From the NCBI GenBank assembly GCA_964394685.1, contig CAYMYO010000005.1:1-50115 (forward strand): DNA of 50,115 nucleotides, in the 5' to 3' direction. The DNA is from an uncultured Gammaproteobacteria bacterium (GTDB lineage Bacteria > Patescibacteriota > Microgenomatia > UBA10105 > UBA927). The notes beneath the pieces were generated by a model. The model searched no databases. It saw only the letters and a program-made list of their open reading frames with translations, and was not told the origin of the DNA. Every line of letters starts with the position of its first letter. The first letter of the stretch is position 1. The translations under genes and the position numbers were made by a program. This document shows positions 29,006 through 40,200 of this stretch, one piece after another.

Positions 29006-29604
29006 ATGTGTGAAACGTGCAAAGAGAAGTGTACATGTGTAGCTATAGCTGTGCGGAGAAAAGTTGAGGTATTTGGGTGGGTTTTTGAAGTAAACATTTC
29101 GGTCATACTTATATTACATCGGGGATGTAAAGCAATGTCAAATAGCCTTGATTGAAATTATTCCTTTGAGGCTAAACTATGGGGTAGTATTTTATGGCAA
29201 ACAAGATATAAATTATAGGATATATTTGCTATTTATCATATAATGATAGTAGTATATATCGTAATAACGCCAAAATTCATGCAGTTTCTTTTGCATATTG
29301 TTTAAATAGATATGTGAGTGGATTTTTGTAGATTATAACGATTATAAAACTTATAATAATTAAAATATTTATAAAAATTATAGAAAATCCTTTTAACATA
29401 TTTGTGGAAAACGAAGAAAAATATTTTTTTCTATTGCAGGAAAAATTTTCATCGTAGAGTACTAAATATATAATTAATAATACTTTGATATCTTATTATA
29501 TATTTATATAGTAGATGGTACGTTTTGATGTTATGATGTTTTTTTAAACACATAAATACGAAATTTGCACGAGTGGATAAATTTTGATACCCTGCATATA
29601 TCCT

Positions 29605-30684
29605 ATGAAACGTATTTTCAAAGAGTTGTTGCAAGACTCTCGAGATTGGAGTCGAGGATGGTGGTTTTATCTCGAGAGACATGCTGTGCGATTTGGAAAA
29701 GCATTTGAATCACAAAAGGATATTCTGGTTGATATTCTTATGGCTCGTCGCGGGGCCTACCAGTGGCCATTTCTTCATATTTCTCTTATTTTCCTGGCTA
29801 TCGCTGGCGCAGCAAGCGCGCCAATACTTGCTAGTTCTTATCCAGGAGCCATTCCGCAAGCACTCGCTGAGTTTACTCCGCCATCAGCTGTTGCAGTTTC
29901 TCTTGATATTGCACAAGGAGTTGACACGCAAGTGTCTGATAAACCAAGAGATCAGGTAATAACCTATGCAGTGCAAAAGGGGGATACGCTCCAAAAAATT
30001 GCGGATCAATTTGGTATTTCAATTGACACAATTAAATGGGCAAATAATCTCAGGGGTGACGCATTATCAATTAATCGGGAATTAAAAATTCCGCCGGTTA
30101 CAGGCATTGTCTATAAAGTTCGGGAAGGTGATACAATTTATACGATTGCGAAAAAATATCGCACTGAGGCACAAAAGATTGTTAACTTTCCTTTTAACGA
30201 TTTTAGTGATCCAGAAACATTCGCTTTGAATATCGGTCAAACCCTTATAGTGCCTGACGGAGTGCCGCCCGTTGTTCCTGTTTCGCCAACATATAAATTC
30301 TCTCCTTCTATATTTGCCGGAGGCACTGGCCAATTAGCGTGGCCAACAAGCGGAGCTGTTACCCAATATCCGTCGTGGTATCATAACGCGCTTGATATTG
30401 CTAACCCGGCAGAGCCGGGGATAGGCGCAGCTGATAATGGAATAGTTATTCTTGCTGAGTATTCAAAGTGGGGGTACGGTGACCACGTGATAGTTGATCA
30501 TGGAGGAGGAATTTCTACCTTATATGGACATATGCAGGCAATTTATGTGAAGCCGGGAGACAAAGTTGCTAAAGGACAAATCATAGGAAAAATGGGATCA
30601 ACCGGGAGGTCAACTGGAACGCATTTACATTTTGAAGTTCGGAAGAATGGAGCAGTGGTTGATCCGCGGCCGTATTTGAAATAG
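29605..30684 (+). CDS. LysM-domain M23 peptidase
   Basis: Two LysM repeats (VQKGDTL, VREGDTI) and the motifs HNALD, LYGH and STGTHLHFE. Confidence 0.95.
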   Translation: MKRIFKELLQDSRDWSRGWWFYLERHAVRFGKAFESQKDILVDILMARRGAYQWPFLHISLIFLAIAGAASAPILASSYPGAIPQALAEFTPPSAVAVSLDIAQGVDTQVSDKPRDQVITYAVQKGDTLQKIADQFGISIDTIKWANNLRGDALSINRELKIPPVTGIVYKVREGDTIYTIAKKYRTEAQKIVNFPFNDFSDPETFALNIGQTLIVPDGVPPVVPVSPTYKFSPSIFAGGTGQLAWPTSGAVTQYPSWYHNALDIANPAEPGIGAADNGIVILAEYSKWGYGDHVIVDHGGGISTLYGHMQAIYVKPGDKVAKGQIIGKMGSTGRSTGTHLHFEVRKNGAVVDPRPYLK

Positions 30685-30731
30685 CAATCAATAGAGTAAT
30701 ATTGCTAGCAGTTAATCTCTATTGATTGCTA
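30682..30731. terminator. 15-bp inverted repeat after the M23 gene, overlapping the tRNA promoter
   Basis: TAGCAATCAATAGAG ... CTCTATTGATTGCTA. A TTGATT-17-TATACT promoter lies at 30722-30750. Confidence 0.5.
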
Positions 30732-30760
30732 ATAGTGAAGCTAGTATACTTGATTTCACC

Positions 30761-30831
30761 GGGCCCGTCGTATACCGGTAATATGAAGCTATGGCATAGC
30801 TTAGAAAGGGGTTCAATTCCCCTCGGGTCCA
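30761..30831 (+). tRNA. tRNA-Ala(GGC)
   Basis: Acceptor GGGCCCG/CGGGTCC with G3:U70, anticodon arm AAGCT-atGGCat-AGCTT and T-loop GTTCAA. No CCA is encoded. Confidence 0.93.
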
Positions 30832-30836
30832 CAAGG

Positions 30837-30907
30837 GGGCCTGTGGTTCAACGGTAGAATACTGCATTCGCATTGCAGAGATCCGAGTTCAATTCTCGGT
30901 AGGTCCA
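30837..30907 (+). tRNA. tRNA-Ala(CGC)
   Basis: Acceptor GGGCCTG/TAGGTCC with G3:U70, anticodon arm CTGCA-ttCGCat-TGCAG and T-loop GTTCAA. Confidence 0.93.
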
Positions 30908-30923
30908 CAAGAAGAGCAGAGGA

Positions 30924-31133
30924 TTATTCGGCTTCGATGGAAACGCCGGCAACTTGCGGGGTTGTCGCATTCATCTGCGTACTGATGAATGATCCAACGA
31001 TAGCGCCGATGCCAAGCATCAAGGCTACCATGACGACAAACATCCAGCTTTTCAGAAGAAGAAGAAAATTTTTCTTCTCGCTTCTTCGAACTGGTCGCGC
31101 AGCTACTTTGCGGCGAACGACTTTTTTCTTCAT
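30924..31133 (-). CDS. Small single-TM protein (69 aa)
   Basis: Basic N-terminus, one hydrophobic helix and a C-terminal QVAG motif. It is divergent from the giant gene. Confidence 0.75.
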   Translation of the reverse strand: MKKKVVRRKVAARPVRRSEKKNFLLLLKSWMFVVMVALMLGIGAIVGSFISTQMNATTPQVAGVSIEAE

Positions 31134-31273
31134 ACGCTTTTAGCGTTGCACATTTCTTATATGTTTGTCAACCCCTTGACAAAAGTATTTCACACCCATC
31201 ATAGTTATTAATATATAAGGAAGCGCGCAAGCGTCTGCTTTTGGGTTTGGAAACGAGGCACGCATCCGAAAAA

Positions 31274-34200
31274 GTGATTAGACGTAGAATTACCGCAGCA
31301 AAATCATGCCTGCCTGCCGGCAGGCAGGGATTTATTCAGATTATCCCAATGGTCATTTTGGCCATTATGGCGATCTCTTCTTTTGTTATTATCAGTAAAA
31401 CAAAACATGATCAGCAGGATGTTCGCAGCCGGGCCGGAATAACGTGTACAAAGAAAACTGGAGTATCCGGTTGTGAATTAAAAACATATAAAATAGTCGA
31501 TGAAGTTTGCGAACCAGAACAATGTTTTACAACATCAGGGAGCGTTGCATCAGTTGTTTCGACGCCAAAACCAGCAGCAACACAGCCTCCAGCATCAACA
31601 TCTGCACCATCTTCATCATCGTCATGTGCTGAAGATGGAGAGCGCCCAACTTCAAAAGGATGTTGTGACGGATTAAGCCTTGTCAGCGGATATTGTACGT
31701 ATGTAAAAGCCAAGGCAACAGTTGCGCCAACAGAAGCTCTTAAATCTTCGGTAACAGCAACACCTAAGCCTGCAACACCAACAACAACACCTGATCCATG
31801 TGCTAATTTAGCCACACCTGATTTACGGGATGCTTGCCGGCAAAGTGGATCAACCCCAACGCCCAAGCCTGCGGTCTCAACTCCTGTATCTGTAACATCA
31901 ACTCCAAAACCTGCAGCGCCCACTTCAAATATTTCTTCGCCAACAAAAACACCGACGCGTGCGCCAACATCAACACCAAAACCGCCGACACCGACTTCTG
32001 ATCCATGTGCTAATTTAGCTACACCAGATTTACGTGATGCCTGTCGTCAAGGTAAATCTACACCAACATCAACACCAAAACCACCATCGCCAACAATAGA
32101 AACGACGTGTGTAGGTGTTGGACAAGCGCCGACAAGCTCAAAGAGATGTTGTGCCGGACTTGTTGTGTACGGGACAACCTGTGCTAATCCGCTTCCAACA
32201 AAAGCTCCCACAAAAATTCCAACACCAACTAAATTATCAACCCCAACACCAACAATAACATGTTTATATGGACAAATAACGGGTTTTGGCGGAGTGCGGT
32301 GCAATGAAGCGCCGGTCTATACAAGCACAACTCCTACAGTTTCTTCTGTTTGTCAATCTGGAAAATACCAATGCAAAACAGAGCAGTGGGGAGTAACTGT
32401 TTCGCAGTTGTGTGAAAACAATAAATGGATTACCAAAGAAACATGCGGTCTTGGATGCGATGGAGGAACAGGGAAGTGTAATGTTTATAAAAATGAATGC
32501 AAGCAGGGAGACCGTGAGTGCAAGAACGGACAATTCAGAAGTTGTAAACAGGATGGTTCTTGGGGAGATTTTATTGATTGTGCAACGAAGACCTGTTCCG
32601 GCAATGTTTGCGCAATGCTGACCTCCAAACCAACATCTCCGGCTGATCGTGTCGCAAGTGAAAACTTTATTCCAACTCCAACGAAGCAAGATTCTAAAAG
32701 CTGTAAATCCGATCAGATATGGTTAGACAACAAGTGTGTAGATGTTGCCTATGCAGGAATTAAATCGTCTGGATGGACAGGTAAGTGGTGTCCTTCGAAT
32801 CAAGATGGAATTTGTTCTCCAGGATTTCCTCCGCAATGTACAAAATATTGTCCCGGAGGATGTACTGGAATTGTGGGTTTTGCCTATTGTCCGGGTAGTT
32901 TAACTCCATCTCCAACCATCGCGTCAGCTCCGGAAGCGACACCAATTCCCAAACCAACATCTCCGGTCGACCGGGTAACCAGCGAGAACTTTATTCCCAT
33001 TCCGTCTCCAGTCCATGCGCTTGTACCGGGAGATAAGTGCGAAAAGAATAAATGTCAAACTACGTGCGAGTTCGGCGGCAAATGGGTTCTGTTTGTTGGA
33101 TGGGTGTGTAAAGACAAGCCTGCAAACTGGATTGAAGTTCCAACAGTTACACCGATGCCGACTATTGCCAATTCCCCTACACCTACTACAGCACCAATTA
33201 CGCAAGCAACAGGCGCTGCGCCAAAGCCGGGAGCGGATTTAACTGTGGGAGCGGGATGCTATAACCCGCAGGAAACTAATCCGTCAAAGAGAGGATCGGT
33301 TAAGAATTGTATAGAGGAGTGCCCGCACGAATACTCGGTTGGCTACGGAGGAGTGTATTATTGTTCTCCGGCGCCGACCGGCGCATCGACTTCGGCAGCG
33401 ACTCCAAAACTAACGCCAACACCCAAATCTCCAACAACAACTCCTGATCCATGTGACGACCCCACAATGACAATTACTGAACGAGCGGAATGTCGGAAAA
33501 AACAAAGCGTTTCTGTTGCAAATTGTGCCGGTCTTACTGATCCAGCTCTCTCTATGTGTATCGCGGCGGTTACCGGAACCGGTGCGTCGCTTCAAATGAC
33601 ACAAACAACAACGCAGGTTGTGCCAACAGGATCGCCGTTTAAAACAGATAGCCAGATTGAGGCAGTACAAAAAGCGTTTGTCGGAGGTTCGATTGGCAAA
33701 CAGGTGGCATGCGGTATATCCGGCAGTATTTCTATCGGCGCCGGAAATGAAGTGTTTGGTTGTAAGGCTGATGGATCATGGGAAAACCTGACAAGAAAAG
33801 GCGTGGATACGTCATACCTCACAAAAGATTCCCGTCCAACGTGGGTTGTTGGGAGTTTGACAGCACAGATTGTAGATACAAAAGCCGGAGCTGTCCCGGC
33901 AGATCAACGGATTACTGTTGATAAGGCAGCAGCCGGAGTTCCATCGGAGGAATCTGTCGGAAGCATTGTCGTTCCAACGCTTCCACCCATGAAGCCATGC
34001 GGTGCGTACCCGGCCGGTTCAGTTGTCATAGGCCCTGTGAGCGGAAACAACGAGCTTTGGGAGTGTGCGCTGGATGGCAGGTGGGTCAAGTGTCCAACGT
34101 GTCTTTTGACAACTATTCCTTCGTATTTAAATACACAATTAGCGTATGAAGAATATCTAAAAAACAGGACAAACGTATCCCAAAGCGCCCGACAGGCGTT

Positions 34201-37200
34201 TGCAGATAGTTATAAAATTTGTGTTTCAGATAAATCTGTAAGCGAAGCCTCTTGCGTTCAGAGGGCGATCGATGGCGCGAGGCAAGCCCAAAATGATAAA
34301 GCGCTTCAGGCATACGCTGATGTATATGAAAAGTGTAAAAAAGAAAACCGTTCCAATTGTGAAGCAGAAGCGCAAACTGCTGCGAAGGATTTCGGATTAT
34401 CCATGGTTGATTCTTTGAAAATTCCTCAAAGTTATGCGGTATATGCTGTACAAAACGAACAACGGCAAAAGAAATTTGATGAGGAATTTAATCCGAAGCT
34501 GATTTCCTATATTTTCTGCGATACGCAGGAGGTCTGTAATCAAGCATATAGTACAGCACTTCAAAGTTGTATAAGCATTGGTGGTATGACGCCAGCAGAG
34601 TGTGCGGCGTTGATAGCTGAATACAAACAAAAAGAAAAACAAACAGAAGCGCAGGGACAATGTGAGGGCGGAGGCAATTACGGGGACACGAGATCGGCAA
34701 CTGGCGGTAAAACAGAAATCTGCGAGTGCAAGACAGAAGAACAAGATGGTCAGCTTGCGATAGTCCCTGGTTCCTGTGGATGGAGAACTGCAAAAGCCAA
34801 TGCCTGCGGTACGCGGTTGGAGGGGGAAAATTGGGTAGATGGCGGGTATTGCTATACGTGTTATGTGCAGGATGGACAGGGAGTGATGGACAAACAACCC
34901 CTGGTTTCTCAATGGGGAGGAGAAGCAATGAGGCAGTTAAATAAAACGCGATGTTCGGAAAATTATACAGCAGAAAGAGATGCATACGGCGGACTTGTTA
35001 TTACGCCAGGCAAAGATGTTTCTATAAAAGTACAGACAGCTTCAGGCGAGCGGACATTGTCTGCCGGGCAAGCTATGTGTGTTGACGGAAAATGCGTTGC
35101 GGCAGAGATGAAAAACGGAAAAACAGAGAAAGTCGACGTGACAGCGACAGGCGCGTCGAGCGCGTATTCAGGATCATGCCCCAAAGAATGCGCGGTGTAT
35201 GGCGGTCGTTCATCGGAAACCATGGTGCAGTCAGGTTTGGCTGGGAAGGTCCGCGGTTACTATCGGTGTTCTGATAATGGAAGACAAGTAGAAACTGTTC
35301 AAATAATTGATTGGCCCGTTGAAGGAACAGAAAAAATAGACGTAAAGATCGCATGCGACTCGGGCATCTGCAGCGCTGGTGTGTGTGTAGAAGGGAAGCA
35401 GGTGCGAGATGCTTCTACCGGAAAATCACAAGTGTGCGGTGTGGAAGAAACATGTACGGTGATTGATCCTAATACTAGTATGAATTTGTCTGTCCGTATT
35501 ATCGAAAAACAGGATGGAAAAAATACTATCTATCTACAGCAAATATCAGATACTGCTCAAGCCGAAGAGTACTATAAACAAGTGAATCAAAATTTATCCG
35601 AATCTATGGCAAAAGGCGACATTATAGATTCTAAATACATTGCCTCATTCCAGGATTTTATCAAAGAAAACAAAGGCGCGACGTTTGATGACTATATTGG
35701 GCAGAAGCAACGGGACTCAATACAATTTGTAAAAGATAACGAGAAAAAATGGTATGACATTTTTCTTAATAAAACAGCGGCAGAAAAAGCGTTCTCGATG
35801 ATGACGGCAGATAACGCAAAGTGGTTTGTCGATGGAGTCGTAAGCGGACGGATAAATACGGAAGATTTTTCCAGACAGCTCGATGCCGCTAGCGGGTGCA
35901 CAGAAAAAGAATTGCAGATGGGTGATGCAGGACGTAAAGCATGTGGTGTTCGGAATCAAAATAAAATTTCCGATCAAGCGACTAATGTTCTTATTAATAC
36001 GTATAACCAGACGCTTACCACTGACGATCGCGTGGGCGTACGCAACGCGATAATACAAAACTTGATTGCTCAAGGAAAAAGCGTTAACGATGACGCGATA
36101 CTTTCGTATCAAAAAAAGCAGTTGGAAGATGCGGCGCATGTAAATAAGAAATGGGGAGCAAATTACTTCAGCCAAAAAGAGCTCGATGATCCGGTGATAC
36201 GAAGCCGTATTGAGCGGGCGATACCTGAGTTTCTTGAAGTGAATGTGGCGGATGACTTTGTTTCGGCTCTTAGGGGAGAAACAGATTATTCTTCGATTAG
36301 GGCGCGGTATGAGGGTGATTCAGGGCTTCGTGCAGGAGCTGGTTTTAATAAATTCTTAACCGGAAATTATGTGAAAGGGCTTGTAGCGATCGAGCAGGGG
36401 AAGGATGAAGGGAAAGACGGGAATTACGGAATGGCCGCATATCATACTGCGCGCGGCGGCTTGATGATAGCGGCAAAGCCAGTCAGCTACGCTGGATTAT
36501 TAATTGTAGGTGCTGTAGGTTGCGCTACAACTTTATGCACAAGCAGCGCTGCGATTTTTGCGGCAGCGATGCCAGCGCTTGGAGCAATGGGTACGATTAG
36601 TGCCGTAGGGGATGCGGCGGCGGCCTGTGATTTATCTCAAGGAAGTGGAGAAGCCTGTGCAAAAGCAGGTGTCAATGTTGCAATGAGCGCGGCGCTTTGG
36701 CATACGGGCAATCTAGGATTGAGGGGATTTCAACTGGCAAAAACAGGTACATCTTTAGCAGATGATGCATTGCGACTTGGTAATAAAATGGTGGAAAGTA
36801 CCGTTGCGAAAAGCGGAGCAACTTCAGGCTGGCAGCAGCTGGGCGCACTGGCTGACAAAGGGGCAATGGCAACGACGCGGGTTGCGCCGCTGTACTTTGG
36901 GTACAATGGAATAGACTGCATGACGCAGGAAGGATCGAATAAGCTTGATTGCGGACTCATGATAGCACAAGCAGGCGTTTCCATGATGCAATGGAGCAAA
37001 GCCTTTCAGACCAGTACAAAACTTTCTGCAGTTGGGAGAAGTCTTGATGTAACCGTTGACACAGGACAAGCCGTTATTGCGTGTGCAATGGCGGCAGCTT
37101 CCGGCAATCCATCCGGTTGCGATCAGGCGATTTTGTATTCCGGTATGTCTTCCGGTCGATTAGCAGGAGGCGGAAAAACAGGAGAAGCATTCAGATCTGC

Positions 37201-40200
37201 AGAAGGAGAAAGGGTGTTTGAATCGGAATATGCCCGTTTGGAAGACGCACGAAGCCGAGTTTATGATCTTTATAACGAAAAAGGTAAACCATTGGACACT
37301 ACCCCTGAGGCGCTACAGGCAAGGAAGGCGGCGGATATAGCGCTGAGAGAAGCAACATATAGATTTGCTCAGGAAGAAGTACAGGTGCGGTTAGGGTTGA
37401 AGGCAATCGGAGGAGATGCGGCAAATTATACCAAAGCGCAGCAGGAGCTGATGACTAAACAGGCGGCATACAAAACCGCAGACGAAGCGTACAAGGCATA
37501 TAAGTCATCAAACGCTGATGCCCCCCCCAAAGATCTGCTGAATAGCGATCAATTTAAGACGTATAATTCGGCCAGAAAACAGCTTGCCGAGGCATTCCAG
37601 AAGTCTGTGGGCGAGCAAACAGTTCTTAAGCCGGTTGAATTTACTCCGAAAAACGATAGCGAACAAAAGATCCATGACGGATATAAAGCAAAGCTTCAGG
37701 ATTTTCAGGAATTCGCAAAAAAAACTCTCCCTGATGATCCGGCGTACAGACAGAAATACTTTGCGCTTGTTGACGCGCAGGAGTCAGTGATGTCGTTGAG
37801 GCAGAACAAAGAGCAAAATAGCTTTACGGAAGCGATAAAAATAAAGCGCGATACTCTTATCCAGGAAAACGAAAAAATACGGGCGCTGGAAGAAGAAAAT
37901 GCAATTTTATCCGCAAAAAAGAGTAAAAGAGATATAAAGCTTAATGCGGCAAGGGTACAGGAAATACAGCAGGAACTGCAGGAAGCGTACCAAAAAACAA
38001 GAGTATTAAGCAGTGAAAATGCGACTCTAGCCCAAGCCCGCGATGAAGCCGGTACAACATTCGGAAAGATTAAAAATGCGTTGGGTCTTGGTACGACAGC
38101 AGAAGGAACGCTTGCGAAAACACAAGCACAAATCAAAAAGCCAACAGCAGTAGGAAATATCAGAGCGATGGCTGAAAACGCTCGAGCAGCGATTGCAGAA
38201 AAAATATTCGGTACGGCAATTGAACCAACTGCATTTGCAAAGCTCGTCGACCGGGCTGTTGGAGAACGTGCGCGAAACAATCTGATGCTTGAGGCAATCG
38301 GACGAAGTTTCGGGAAATCAGAAATTGATGCTGTGACCGGAAAAGTTACAGAAGTATCTCTTATTGATGAACGCGGTGTCAAAACAACAGTCGACATAAC
38401 CGGAAAAGACATTTCAACGATTAATACACTGAAAAATGCATTACTCGGTGAAGGAATATTCGACATTACATTTTCAGATGGAACGGTCATGCGTATTGCA
38501 AAAGAAGGTGCCGGTTTTTTGAGCAAAGTATATATGACCGCAACAGACGCAAATGGTATAACACAGGCAGGAAGAGAAACAAATGTAACTGTCAAATCAT
38601 CACTTCGTGTCCAGGGAGAACTTAAAGGAATAACTAAACCGGTTACTCTTGATGGAACAGAGTATGCAACTTCTGCAGATTTTGCCAAGGCAGCAATAGC
38701 AAAAAATACCCGGTATGTCGACGCAATAATTGATGGAAAACCCATGCGGCTTGAAGTAGCAAACGGGAAGGTGTTTATTTCCGAATTTGATGCAACAGGA
38801 AGACTGCAACGGGTGAGTGGAGTGACCACAAAAGCCTACATTGACAGTAGTTTGCTCACTGGCGCCAGTAAGGCAATGGTTGATCGGTTTGTAACGGAAC
38901 TTGATACGTATGAAACGACCTATCTGAAGTATAGACAAGAGAAATTTACGACAGACAAGGCTAATTATGAGAGTGCACACGCAAAATGGGTAACGGACCG
39001 TGATGCTGCAGCGGCAAGTAAAACTGAATTTAAACGTCCGGAACCGCAACCGCCAAGAGAAATGACTTCGTATGGATTCTATGGACCGGAACAAGGTGCA
39101 AAGAATCAATTGCCGTTTTTAGCAGATGCTCTTTTGGGAAAGCAAACCGGCATGAAAGGAAAACTGTATGAAGCAATTACCGGAATCGGAAAATCAAGTA
39201 CGCTTATTCCTGAAATCGCCATTTTGAAAGCGAAAATGACGAATAAGCCGGTGATGATTATTCTCAATACCCCTCAGGATGTGGCACAATTTTTTGAAGC
39301 GTTCCCGAAAGACCTTTTCGCAAAATTAGCCGATCCAAACAGGCCGCTTACTGTTGAAGAATTTGATGCTAACAGACCGCTTTCAGAAAAACAACTCGCT
39401 GCGGCAAATATTATTGTGACTACCAAAGACGCAATTTTTGAGTCCATCCGTGGCCCTGACAGCAAACCTTTTATGGATAAATTAAACGGCGCAGTGCTTC
39501 TGGCTGATGAAGCGCAGATGACACTTCGGTTGGAAATTGATTACGTGATTGGTCAGGGAGAGAGGACTACAGTCAATGCCGATTCAAAAAAAGTATTTCA
39601 GGAAGTGTATGATAGTGCATTTTTCAAAAAAATGCGTGCTGAACTTGGTTCCGGTTTGGATGGAATCCAAAAAGCGCGGGATGCAGGGACTGTTGCACTT
39701 GTCGATGGCCGCGGAAAAATTATCGATGCAACCACACAGGAAACGTTGTATCGGGAACTGTTGACGCAATCAGAACAACTTGCAGGAGCGACAAAAGATT
39801 CTACCAGGGTTTATATAGAGGAATATCAAAAAACGCATAACGGATCCACATTTGAAGACGGAATACTTGATTTCCTCAATAAAACAGATTTTGCAGGCCT
39901 TCCGGATTCAGCGGGACTTCGAAATGCACAGGTAGAAATGCGCAAACGGGTGTCTGTCGCAAATAGCATTATCAATCAATTTGCACAAGTTCCGTTGACT
40001 GATTATACGGTGAAAGACGGACGCATCGTGTTAGCTGAGGGCGGAGCAATTTCAGGCCGTACCCCCTCACGTGCTTCAGATTCCCTTGCGTTGGAATATG
40101 TGGGATACGAAACACTTAAAGGTCGCAATCCGAACCTTAATGTCACGCTTCAGCCTGATCAGGTAACCGTGACCAATTCCAGTGTTTCGACCAATTATGC

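Noticed and set aside
29100-29600. Very AT-rich intergenic region as a possible oriC
   Set aside because: Only two single-mismatch DnaA-like boxes are present and no dnaA/dnaN is nearby. It is better explained as a divergent promoter region.
26309-30684. Prophage (tail-fibre S74 domain plus peptidoglycan peptidase)
   Set aside because: No integrase, terminase, capsid or portal genes are present, and both proteins have membrane anchors typical of cellular surface proteins.
31793-32998. Repeats as a CRISPR array or DGR template
   Set aside because: They are in-frame coding repeats with mostly third-position differences, and there are no regular spacers or cas genes.
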